From: Podarcis vaucheri
Lineage: Eukaryota
Length of the DNA: 64,000 nt
Reading direction: 5' to 3' (one strand)
NCBI GenBank assembly: GCA_965113315.1
Contig: OZ220372.1
Part shown: positions 26,536 to 38,729 of the stretch, piece after piece
How positions within the stretch are numbered: position 1 is the first letter of the stretch
How the letters are laid out: each line of letters opens with the position of its first letter
The notes under the pieces: model-generated
What the model was told of the DNA's origin: nothing
The model's database searches: none
Seen by the model: the letters and a program-made list of their open reading frames with translations, nothing else
Made by a program: the position numbers and the translations under genes

Positions 26536-28834
26536 TCTCCCATGTTCAGCGGCAGTACATAACAGAATGCCAATTGTGGGGGTAGGTGACAGCAGGAGAG
26601 CTATTGCTTTAACACCATGTTTATGGTCTTCCCAATGCATTAGACTAGACAGGCTTCTGGACTGAATAAGCAGGGCTATGTTCTTATTCTGTACTCCTGT
26701 TTTCTGCCCTTCACTACGAGAACTACGATATGAATATTTACCATTAACCAGATAGCATGTACATCTAACCTTCCATCTCATTAAGAAATACATTGCCTAG
26801 TAAGCACTAGCCATTGCATGTGGAATGTTCTAAACACCTAGGGCCTTACACATGTTTATTCAGAATTCCATGTCCATATGTTTGCTGCTTCTATCCAAGG
26901 AAGTGATCCACACAGACAAAGATACCAGTCCTTATTTCCTAAGCAAACATCATTCTCACTGCATGTGGCTGCATGACCAGAGATTTTAGATTGTGCTCTT
27001 AGACTGTATAAAGTCTTTGTTTTCTTGCAATTTACTTGTAATAGCAACCAGCATTTGTTTAGAAAATGTGAATTTCAAAATGGTAGAGTCTTCTAGATGA
27101 TTTAAATTCAGTCACCTTAGGCATAGCTTTCTGCACCCCTCTCCCAGGAAACAGTTCATACTAACCAAGTCTGTATGATGGCCTTCATGGTTCAAACAGT
27201 ATCCATCATCTTTGCTGACTTCTAAAGACAAACAGTGTTTCTTTTTCTTTTTAAATGTTTAATTCTATGCCCTTCTCTACATGATACAGAAATATGTGAC
27301 ACAGAAGCATGCCAGCTGCATTGCATACTTAATCAAGTTAACCCTCAAAACTGAGCCAAGGTTACTTTGTCTTAAGTAGGTCACCCACTTGCATACATGT
27401 GTGCACGCACACACAAGTACATAACAAGCTCAAGGAGGGAACAGATTCTCAATGGAACTAGGCTTGAAACAACATTTCTTAAAATACTGATAATTGTGTC
27501 ATTAAGCTGTGTAAACTGGTTAAAAAACTGTTGAGATGCTTCAAGTTTTACTTGACTTGTTCTGTGTGCTGCAAGAAACATATTAAGTCAGCGAGGGCCA
27601 TAAAGTCAGCTAAATGTTATTGTAATTTATCAATTACAGAACTGAAATTCAGACTAGCTCCATCCTCTTGCTATAGAAAAAAACATAATACAAACAGAAC
27701 ACAAGGCCTTTCAGAAAGAGGGAGAAAATACATGACAATCAAAATTCACATTGTCCTATTCAATTCTACCCCACAGAGAGGTGCATTACATCACATTCAC
27801 ACAATGCAGGGGGAAGGGCTTGCCCACAGAAAGCAAGATTTACAATGATCCCCCATTGCTGAACTGCTTCCTTTGGAGAGATGTGAAACACAGGGCTTAG
27901 TTTTAAAGGGAAAGAATTTTAAATCCATGTAAGATACTGTATCTTCTTTATTCTCCTCATGAGTTCTCATTTCAAACACATTAAATATGTAAAATCAAAG
28001 TACTTATTTCACATTCCACTGTTGTTTTTTAAAAATATTGGTGCCAATATTGCCAGATTTAAAACTTCCAGAAAGAAGAGGGGAAAGCCGCTAAAGGAAA
28101 GGATTCTAAAGCAGGAGACCATTTTCTCAACTGACATTAACTAGTAAGATTGCCTCTTCTGAACTCTACATGCTATGTTTACAGAGCGCGACCATCTAGT
28201 TCCAATTGCAATCCAAATAAAATGCATCTGGTTGCAACGGAAAAGGGGGAGGGGATGCAGTCACACTGGGGGAGGGGGTGCACCCGCACGCAAGAGAATG
28301 TGCACTCCTATACATTATGCATGGTAGATTTTGAACGTAGGCATCTTCAAAAATCTCAAACTGCTTCAATACTAATTCGAAAGCCGTGTTTTAAAGAAAC
28401 GTGCAAACATTGCTGTATTATTTTTGCCCTCTGAATCTCTTAAGAACTATAGGTTTATATAATATGCCAATCCTAGCAACAAGAATGCAAGACGATTTAA
28501 TTTATGCTAATTTTTGCAGCAGATTTACAAGCCTCAAGTGTGTGTAGACGGCACTCTGAGAACCTTATGAAAAGAAAGATTTAACACATAAAGCTGGTTT
28601 CTATGCAAAGGTATTTTAAACGCATTTAAAACCTCCCAAAATATGCCACGTATTTCTTTTAGATTTTTCTTTAAATCATGGCAACTGCACTTGATCTAAG
28701 ATCAAAGCGATTCACAGACGCTTACGCGAGACAAACGTCGTGCTGCAATTATCAGACGAAACCGTCAAACTAAACGCACCCCCTAAAAAAGAAAAAACCA
28801 ATACGCGACAAAGAAAGATAGAACTACTACTAAC

Positions 28835-28839
28835 CTCAT
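28835..28839 (-). CDS. TNRC6B: Coding end (ATG AG) of the TNRC6B internal first exon; gives the MREKEQ... isoform
   Basis: gcactttATGAG|gttagt. AG plus the first A of exon 9750 makes Arg, reproducing the MREKEQ N-terminus. Sits beside a CpG-rich promoter-like block. Confidence 0.88.
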
Positions 28840-29340
28840 AAAGTGCAACAGTGCTTAAATCCAGCAAGTTGAGGCATACAGGGTAAAAATGGAAGTTAAG
28901 AGATCTCAAAAATGATTTTGCTATATTTCTATGATTTCAATTTGAAATGTTCAAAAGCCAGCAGAGACTCCGTCGGCCATCTTGGCTTGAACTCCCTCTC
29001 TCCCTCGCTCGCGCGCGCGCGCACACAACACACGCCCTCTTCCTAGCTCTCCCCCTCCGTCTCTATAAAGGAAGCAGCTTTTTGTGACCTTCAAATAGAG
29101 GCAGGCCATGTGACTCGCGCACGCTGTCAATCAGGAAGGAGGGTGGAAAGCTAGCATCTTAAAGGAAACGCAGTTCTTTCATTCTCTCGCGCGCTCCCGT
29201 TTCCGAAAGCTGCAACAGCGCACGTTTTCTACTATTCCTTAAGTGTATAATCAACAGTATTACACATTCTAAAATAACAATCCCGTAAAAAGCTGCAGTC
29301 GTTGTCGTCCGCCGTCTAGGACACATCGGAGGATGGATAG
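28840..29340 (-). promoter_or_regulatory. TNRC6B: TNRC6B internal promoter and 5'UTR
   Basis: Local CpG enrichment in an AT-rich intron, YY1-type AAGATGGCCG (~28974-28983), (GC)n/(CA)n tract and GA-rich leader. The exact TSS cannot be determined. Confidence 0.75.
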
Positions 29341-30539
29341 ATAGACATCATTTTAAGCTTCTCAATTTCACTTTGCATTTCTCACCAATGCTTACCAACA
29401 CCCAAAAATATAAAAATCCACACGATACAATTAACTGGTAACAGCAATACCACCCCAAATAACATTGTTACTGTTACCCCATCACTTCTGTCAGCTGCTC
29501 AATCAATAAAGGCAACAAACTGTGTGCTTAATGACTAAAAATCCAGCTTTTCAAACAAACTCAAAGTTACTCTTTGCAATTTAAAATTACCAACACTTTT
29601 ATCAAAATCACTATTCAATTTTCAGATTCTAAATGTATGGAAAAAGGGATCAGATACTTTATGGCACTGCGATACAAATCACTGTGACTGCAATATTACT
29701 CCATGTAGTCCTTACTCATATATATTTTTATAATTCAGCATATTCAGTAACTACTTATATATTAAGGCACACTATACTGCAAAATTTTATACAGTGCTGC
29801 ACAAAATGGCTTAAATTGTGTCCTTTACTAATATAGTCTAAGAAGACATTTTGGCAAGGAAGTGGCATTTACACGAATGGACACACATTTTATCCATTGT
29901 TCAGTAGTCTTTACACTTATTGCTATTACCAACCATAAAGGCTGAATATTCTATAGTTCATTTCAGTGCACAAAATACTTTTTTGAAATGCTCATTAGTC
30001 ATCACAACTCCCCTGTGATAGGCTAGGCTGAAATATAGTGACTTGCCAGAAGCCACTAGTGAGCTGCATGGTGGAGTGAGTCTATGTTTCAAGTCAAAAG
30101 CAAGCTCTCCATTTACAACATGAGATAATTAATGGAACCCAGCCTTCAGGATAAATATTTCTAGAGTGGTTTACAAAATTAAAAATGAAAACTGTGAAGT
30201 CATAATACAAAATATAAAATCAAACTTAAACTATCTCAAAAGTTAGAAGCCTGGGAAAATGTGAATCTTTAATCAGACACTCAAATGACAGAGTGGGTGT
30301 CCAGCAAGCTTCCCTGGGGGGAAAGAGCATAAGAAGAGCCCTGCTGGATCAGGCCAAAGGCCCCTCTAGTTCAGCACTTTGTTCCCAGTGCACAGCCAGA
30401 TGCCTACAGGAAGACTGCATGCATGTCTTGAGGGTAACAGCAGTCCTTCCACCCATTGCAATTTCCAGCAAGTAGTATTCAGAGATAAGAGTACAGAACT
30501 ACAAGCAGAGGATCTCAAATGTGAAGGTCCTGTCCCATG

Positions 30540-31330
30540 TTTAGGAACGGAATAGAAGATGCAATTGCCAAGATGACAATGCCAGTATACAAATTTTTGG
30601 TGTGACTGCATCTGGAATGCTGTGTGCAGGTCCAGCCACCTTGCCTCAAAAAGGATATTCAGAGCTGGAAAAGGGTAACAAAAATGATCAAGGGGATGCA
30701 GCAACTCCCATATCAGTACAGGCTGCAGTGTTTGGGACTTTTAATTTAGAGAAAATGTGATATGACAGAAGTTTATAAAATTATGCATTGCATGAAAGAA
30801 ACAGAGAAGAGTTTTCTCCCTCTAACACTAGAAATGAGGGACATCAATAACACTGAACATTGGAAGATTCAGGAAAGGTGAAAGAACTTCTTCATGCAGC
30901 ATATAGTTACCATGCATATGCAAACTAAGGCCCGGGGGCTGGATCCGGCCCATTCGCCTTCTAAATCCAGCCCACGGATGGTCCGGGAGTCCGCGTGTTT
31001 TTACGTGAGTAGAATGTATCTTTTTATTTAACATGCATTTCTGAGTTATTGGGGGGGCTGCCTGGTGTTTTTACATGAGTACAATGTGTGCTTTTGTTTA
31101 AAATGCATCTCTGGGTTATTTGTAGGGCATAGGAATTCGTTTATTCCCCCCCCAAAAAAAATATAGTCCGCCCCCCCCACAAGTTCTGAGGGCCCTGCTG
31201 AAAAAGTTTGCTGACCCTTGAGTTAAACTATGGAACTTGCATCTACAGGAGGCAGTGAAAGCCATCAACTTGGATGGCTTTAAAAGAGGGTTAGACAAAT
31301 TTATGGAATAAAAAATCAATAGCCACGAAG
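30540..31330 (+). mobile_element. CR1 LINE 3' fragment interrupted by a family B MITE
   Basis: catctggaatgctgtgtgcagg...aaaaggatattcagagctggaaaagg; resumes after 31220. Confidence 0.8.
30911..31220. mobile_element. hAT-type MITE, family B
   Basis: Homologous to 14739-15051. Confidence 0.82.
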
Positions 31331-31559
31331 GCTATCGTCTCTCCATGATATGGTGGACCAAATGAACATGGACTAGAAGATTTAGCTTCAAATCCCTTTT
31401 CAGCCATGAAACTCAGGACTACCTCTCCCTCTGGCCCTATGACAAACAGGAAGGCACTAACAACAGGAAGAAATAGGGAGGAGACTTCCACGTGCACAGG
31501 AAAGCAATAAGACCCAAAAGTTTAAGCATAAACCTTGCTTTGGAGGCACTCCTGAATAA

Positions 31560-31900
31560 CAAAATTCCTTCCAGTAGCACCTTAAAGACCAACTAAGTTA
31601 GTTCTTGGTATGAGCTTTCGTGTGCATGCACACTTCTTCAGATATACTGAAACAGAAGTTGCCAGATCCTTCTATATAGTGAGAAGGTGGGGAGGGGTAT
31701 TACTCAGAAGGGTGGTGGGAATGGGAGATTGGCAGATAGCTGAGATGAGCCTGTTGACGACTCTTAACGACTGCAATAGGTCAGCAGCTTCTCTTTCCAG
31801 CAGCTTCTCTTTCCAGTCTATTTCTGAAATTCCTTTGTAGTAAAGCTCTATTTGTAAATAGCAAAACGTAGTCCGAGTCCTTCTGAGGAAGTGGGAAATG
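31560..31900. mobile_element. Penelope-like element fragment
   Basis: aaaattccttccagtagcaccttaaagaccaactaagttag...agctttcgtgtgcatgcacacttcttcaga. The same terminus recurs at ~25286-25328. Confidence 0.55.
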
Positions 31901-31909
31901 CAATACAAT

Positions 31910-32180
31910 TATAGTCTTTCTGCAGGGCCTGCAAGACAGAGCTATTCCACCAGGCCTTTGGCCAGGGCACTGCCTGACTGGCAATCCTCACAAAACTCTA
32001 GCCCAATGGTTGCCATTAATCTGATTGGAATTTGTAATGAAATGATTTTAGAATGTTTTATCATTTTACTGTTGTTAACCGCTCTGAGCCTGGCTTCGGC
32101 TGGGGATGGCGGGATATAAATAAAATTTATTATTATTATTAATTATTATTATTATTATTATTACTATTATTATTATTATT
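31910..32180 (+). mobile_element. L2-like LINE 3' end with (TAT)n tail
   Basis: ctattccaccaggcctttggcc...ggcgggatataaataaaatttat(tat)n. Confidence 0.65.
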
Positions 32181-34258
32181 TCTAATATAATTTATTCAGC
32201 TGAACTTAACATTGATTCTAATAATTATTCACATATAATATCTTCTAGCAACTAAGAGGTGCAACAGTTAACAGTGGTAGGAACACGGTACTTAAGAGTA
32301 GGAGATGCTCATTTGTAAGTGCTCAATTCCTTATTAGGCCAACAGCTCTCACTCTTCCAAATGCCCCCAATGCACCACACATATCTGCAAATGCTTCTAA
32401 ATTTGTACCATATCCACAAATTGACAACTACTTCAAAGTGTGAAATAGTTCATTAACAATCCTGTTCCATAAAAAAACCCTTTCTTAGCTCCAGAAGGAT
32501 AACACATTTTCTGTATTGTTTTTTAAAACCTACCTTCAGGAAATGCTTTCCACTCCCCTTACTCCAAAATAGTGGTTGGTCTGTTTGAAGACCAATTGGG
32601 AAAAATTACAAATGCAACATTAGAACCAATTTAAATAAGCAGTGAGCAAGCTTTCCACTTCATCAGAACTCTTTTTCAGGCTGTATAAATTAAAGATAAT
32701 TGTTACTTGTCATTTAAAAATCAGCTCAATGTACTAAATTAAACTTGTAGGAGATGCAGGGGAGGAAGTTGTTGCAAGATACTTTCTACCCCAGGAGCTT
32801 AGGGCATTAAAGATCAAAGCCAGCACTTTGAAATGTGCCAGGACAACTAGAAATGTATTAATATGTTTCCAGCAACGTATCACAGTTAGCAGGTCTATTG
32901 TCAAGTTCTATGTCATCTGAACCTTCAACAGGCTCCAAAGCAAAAATATGCAGCATATCATTATCAATCTGAAGAAGTCTGTTCCTCCAAATGCTTTGCA
33001 CTACAGTCCCCATGATCTCTATGCTGGTTGAGGCTACTTTGAGATAAGGCCACAAAGATGAAGCATATAGATTAAATATGGATCTGCATCTGTTGTACTA
33101 CAACACCCCAAAAGACTACAGGCTATGTAGAGAAGGCTATTAAATAGCTTTTATATATTAAAAACATAAAATACAGTAGTAATCTAGCTCAGCCCAGTCA
33201 AAATCTGAACCTGGCTAGACCAAAAAAAAAGGTCTCACCACTAATTAGGGCAACAGAGTGATTCCTACAGATATATACACCCAACCCTAAACTGCAAAAG
33301 CTAAATAAGAAACGGTGGCTAACTGCCACAGCACCACCAGCAGGATGGGCAGGGATCACTGTGGTGTCAGCCCAGCATGGGAAACTATAAGTGTTGCTGC
33401 TTTGGAGCTTTCTTTCACTATATGTTTTTAACAGGGACCATTTCACTTTTCAAATTTTAGTTCCTCCAACTTTAGAGAAATAAATGCATTTTCACCCTCT
33501 TAAAAGTCTTCCCTCTCCCACATCTTTCTCTCTCTCTTTCTATGTATGTATATATGTATGTATGCATGTATGTATGTACGTACCAAAAGCAACCTACAAA
33601 GTGAAAATACACAAAATACACAACAATAGACTAGGCACCAATAAATAAGGCACCAATAAATACAATACTAGAACAGCCACAGAATCTTGAAGAAACATAT
33701 CAGAATACAAGAGAAGATTTCAAAGATTGTGACCCAAAATAAAATAAAGAAAATATATCTATGAAGGGATCTCCAAAGTGTGGGTACTGTTACAAGAAAC
33801 AGTTTAAATTAAATTGTAGCTGGCAATTAGCTTATCACCAATGTGAGAATGGCAGGGGAGGGAGGAGACAAGGAACAGCAAAGGAAAGATGAAACCATCA
33901 CATTTTTACAGAAACTGAAAACAAATGTTTAGTTATTGGTTGGTGTGGGCAGCATATAAACACAGAATGCTCCTCTATGAGTCAGTTTCCATGGATTTTG
34001 GCTTGGGTTGTAACTGTGTAGGCCAAGCTTGCTACTTATGAGTAAACAGTACGGTATGCAGACCTTTACAACTAAACTCTGCCTCATCATTTATAGGATG
34101 CACTTACACTGTGGGTTGTTCACACACAATTCCGCATTTCAGGACAAAAAGGAACACTTGTCCACTACAAGAACTACAATAGTTGCATGATATTTGCTTT
34201 CACACAAAAAAAGCAGCTCTGTGATGAAAGTGGCTATGCAAATAAAGCATCTGTTTTA

Positions 34259-34427
34259 CCGTATTTTTTGCACCATAACACTCACTTTTTTCCTCCTAAA
34301 AAGTAAGGGCAAATGTCTGTGCGTGTTATGGAGGGAATGCCTACGGGTGGCATGCCTACGGATTTTCCTCCTCTAAAAACTACATGCGTGTTATGGTCGA
34401 GTGCGTGTTATAGAGCAAAAAATACGG
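34259..34427. mobile_element. Tc1/pogo-type MITE
   Basis: TIR CCGTATTTTTTGC / GCAAAAAATACGG with TA TSD; internal tgcgtgttat repeats. Confidence 0.85.
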
Positions 34428-35525
34428 TAGTTTGTGTATTATTATCTGCTCCTTCTAGAAAGTCTAATTAGAATCCTGAGCAGGCCTAAAGCAACTGAGC
34501 CAGAGGAGCTTTGCAACTAGACTATTGGTTATGAGTATCGGAGCAATGTCAAACTTAGCAAGTTTGAAGATCATTACATGTGCCCTAAACAGTCAAAATT
34601 CAATCAATGGATATTCAGATTTAGATTATGAGAAAGTACTGTGGCACTTAGTTCATGCAGACAAACCTTCACATTCTAATCAATGAAAGTGAGAGAGAGG
34701 GATGCCTTCCTTCTACGCTAACCACTATTTTGGGAATCCTTATTAAAAATACCATAAAAACAAACAGAACATGTCCCAGGTATAGCAAACACCACTGCAA
34801 GTTTAGATAACTAGGGACATTAAATCTGGTTTATCATCTGTAATAACTATAAACAAAAAAACTAATAATGATAAACCAATTCTTATCAATTTGTATATGC
34901 AAGCTCTGAACTTTATCAGAAATAAATTATATATGGAAGCTAAGAATGTATGGTATTTTACCGCTGTAAACCACTGATGGCTCCAAACAATGGGAGCTTG
35001 AATTTTACAAAAAAAAGTTATTTCTTAAAAGCTAGAGCCTCTTTTCAAGTTTCAACACACAATCCTTCCTAGCATTGGGATTGGAATCATTTTGTAGCCA
35101 TTTGGAAGGTCTTAGATCTACCCCCACCCACCTCAAAACAGCAACTACGTACTACCTGAAGACCAATTTTTAATTAAGTGAAACAACTGCATACATATTG
35201 GAAACTATTCATCCTAAACCTCTTGAACTGATGACTCATTGCATGAAGCTTTGATTCCAAATACGAGGCAATTATCTAGTAGTCATCAGCTGGCAGTAAC
35301 CAACTCAAGAGTATGGTACATAGAGGAACAGAATGAATAAGGGTCAGAGAGGAATAGAATGGCTAAAAACAGAACAGAACTACCTATTTTAGTCGGACAC
35401 GACGAAACGACTAAACAACAACAACAACAACTGGGGAAAATCCAAGGCTCTTTCCTGCAGCACTTATGATTTTGTTGGCCGTATATGACTTAAAAGGAAA
35501 ATCACATTGCAGCTCAATATGTCTA

Positions 35526-35743
35526 CAGTGGTACCTCGGGTTGAATACTTAATTCGTTCCGGAGGTCCGTTCTTAACCTGAAGCTGTTCTTAACCTGAAG
35601 CACCACTTTAGCTAATGGGGCCTCCTGCTGCCGCCGGAGCGCGATTTCTGTTCTCATCCTGAAGCAAAGTGCTTAACCCGAGGTACTATTTCTGGGTTAG
35701 TGGAGTCTGTAAGCTGAAGCGTATGTAACCCAAGGTACCACTG
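35526..35743. mobile_element. Tc1/mariner-type MITE, family A
   Basis: TIRs and TA TSD. Confidence 0.9.
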
Positions 35744-38661
35744 TAATGCCTTAGTAAGCACTACACCAGAGAAGTGAGAATGAAAGTATGGGCATCTGTA
35801 TGTGCGTGAGTGAAAGGGGTGTGTGCACATTTGCACGAGTGAACTTTGGTAAGTTGAGGGAAGTACATCACATCAGTGCCAGCCAAACTAAACCATTCCT
35901 CTTCCATTAGAACATTCTAACCAGACTACATCTACATCTACATCATCATCATCCAAACCCTTGGCTCTTTCACTCATTATATCAACAACACACATTACCC
36001 CTCCCCCCAAAAGGGATAACAAGAATTAATTAGGAGTTCCGTGCAGCATAGACATGTTATCATGTTTTGCACAAAAAACATTTTAGTATTAAATTCAAGG
36101 ACATGATAAAAGCAATGCATGGGTGTGCTACATTAATTGTTTTCACAAGATACCATTGCAAGCCCCCAAGTTTGTTTTCATTTGCTTTAGCTACACTAGC
36201 CTTCTAAATAACCAGACATTTACACACAGATTCTTACTAGTGTGGCATGGCAGTTACCAGGTCACTTGACAGTGTACTGAGGTATCACAGCTGATTAATG
36301 AGCTTCCTTATAATAGTTACTGTTTATGTGATGTATCTCTTGCCTCCATTGAGACAGAAGGAATAACCACCTGCGTGAACCTATATAAAAAGGTCTGGAC
36401 ATCATGACTCCTATTTTTTCTTCCGCTTCAAAAGCTCATGAAGGGACTATTTTAGTAAATGACTTTTGCCGCTTCTAGATAAAGGGGCTATCATTTGAAT
36501 GCCTACTTCATTTGTACAGTCACATTTAAGAGCTTGTATTTGCACATTTACTTCAAAAGCAAATGCTTTGATGGGAAATGGAATTTCAGGTAAAATACAG
36601 TACTCTTTCTGCATGACATGGAAAAGCTCAAAAGCAGTAATAACAAACAACAACAACAACAATAATAATAGTAATATACCCCACTCATCTGGCTGGGTTT
36701 CCCCAGTATCCGAAGGGAGCCCTGCATAGGGAAGCTTTTTAAGGTTCAATGTTTTATTATGCTTTTATATATGTTGGAAGCCACCCAGAGTAACCCAGTC
36801 AACCCAGTATGTTGGAAGCCACCCAGGGTACAAATAAATTATACCAAGAGAAATCAGTCCAATAATTGCGCACAAAGACTACCTCCATGCTGAGCTGTTA
36901 TTCTACTTACCTCAAAGCTCAGTATGATACAGAATGCAGTTCCACACAGAGACAAATCATGGGTCAGCATGTGATGACCTCAACATTTTCCTGCACTGTA
37001 TCACTTCAGCTGTGGGACAAGGAAGTCCTAGGTACTAATCTGTCTAACCATATAACTCACATGACAGCTTTGAGCAAGTTAGTAAGATGCTGCTGGATGC
37101 TACTCCCCACACATGCATGCAGTTCACATGCTTCCTCACTCAGTTCCCTCAACATGTAGAAGTGAACATCAAAACCATAGCCATTGGACAGAGGTCACTC
37201 CTAACCCTGAATACTGAAACCATTGTTTCCCCAGCAGAGGAAAACAAACATCTAAACAGACTTATTCTGTGGCCTAATTTATGTCAAAGGATTGTTAATT
37301 TCACTGTCATTAAAGAGTTCATTATACAAAATAAACCACAGTCTTATAGAAATGATTAACAGTGCAGACCCCAGCTTCTCCTAATCCAAACTTAAAACCC
37401 ATCTTCCAATGCAATACACACACACACACCCTTTTAATTTTAAGAATAAAAGTAAAAATCTTGATTTAGGGCTGTCATCTTTGCTCATGTTCTTTTTTTT
37501 CTTTTTGCAAGAAGGAGGAGTAAGAATTGATGAAACAAAAATAGTAATGCAACTGCTGATGCAACTTAATTCAGTCACCAAGACTCAGAAATGGTGAGGA
37601 ATCCTCTAGTTCAAAACTAATGACATAACCAGCTTTCTCCCAATCTGATGCCTTTCAAGTGGTAGGACGCCCAACTCCTATCAGACAAAGCCAGTATGGC
37701 CAATTGTCATGGATGATAGGAGCTGTAGTCTAAAGCATATGAAGAGCACAAGGATGGGGAAAGGCTTATGGAGGCCGTGCGTACTCAAGCCTCCGCATTG
37801 CCTCATTATTCCAGGTGCTATTTTAAAGTATGACTATGAAAGTAGGAGAGATAGAAAATTATAAAAGGCTACGTTAGATAGTCATGTACATCCTAAGAAT
37901 TACATTTATTAACTCTCCTGAAACCTTAAAAAAGCACATTCGTGTTATTCCTGCACAACTTTTAGCGCACTGCCAAAAATAATTCACTATGCTACCATAC
38001 ATGTTAATGTCTGGGCATATTAGAAGTGAAAAATCCAAATTTACCTTTGAAAGGTAAGGCCCACATTTGAAAAAGGATACTTTCTAAGATAAACATCATA
38101 AACTTAATAGGGAGGCCCTACCTTGCATACTGCTGTGATTTCTCTAGCAAAGTGATGTACACCACAAAGTGATTGCCCACACCACTGGCAATATGTTATG
38201 TTCTCCAGGAAAGGCCACCCTACACATGTCAATTCAAAAGTAAGTTCTACTGGGAGGTATTTAATGTAGCATTATGACAATCATTCCATCAGCCCAAGCA
38301 TTTCAGCTTGCCAGACAGAACGATCCTTCTCCTCCTCTATTCCCTGTGCTATTCTGGGGGTTCTTTCAACACACACACCAAAGCCAATGGGGGGGGGAGG
38401 ATATACACTGCCCTAGCAGGTCCTTGTCTGGGTTTACATGAGTGTGGCTCATTAGTTGAACCTGGCACACTGTGTTCAATTGGGCTTACTCCCTAGTAAG
38501 TGTGTTTAGGATTACAACCCTTATTTTAGCTGCTTAAGATTTAATCGTAAAACAACAAAACTGTGAATATGTTAAAAAGGAAGCAATGCTTCAGAAACAT
38601 TTATCCTACATGTTTTGTATAATTTACTGATTAAGGCCCTTTTTAAATAAACATGACTCAC

Positions 38662-38729
38662 TGTTTGTTTTCTTCACCAGGAGGTGGAGTCTTGCCATGC
38701 CCTTCCATTACAAAATCCTCATGTTCCAT
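38662..38729 (-). CDS. TNRC6B: TNRC6B distal-isoform 68-nt exon (MEHEDFVMEGHGKTPPPGEENKQ)
   Basis: gccttcgcag|ATG...AAACA|gtgagt. Recalled human sequence VEQEDFVMEGHGKTPPPGEESKQ; phase 2 joins exon 9750. Confidence 0.93.
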
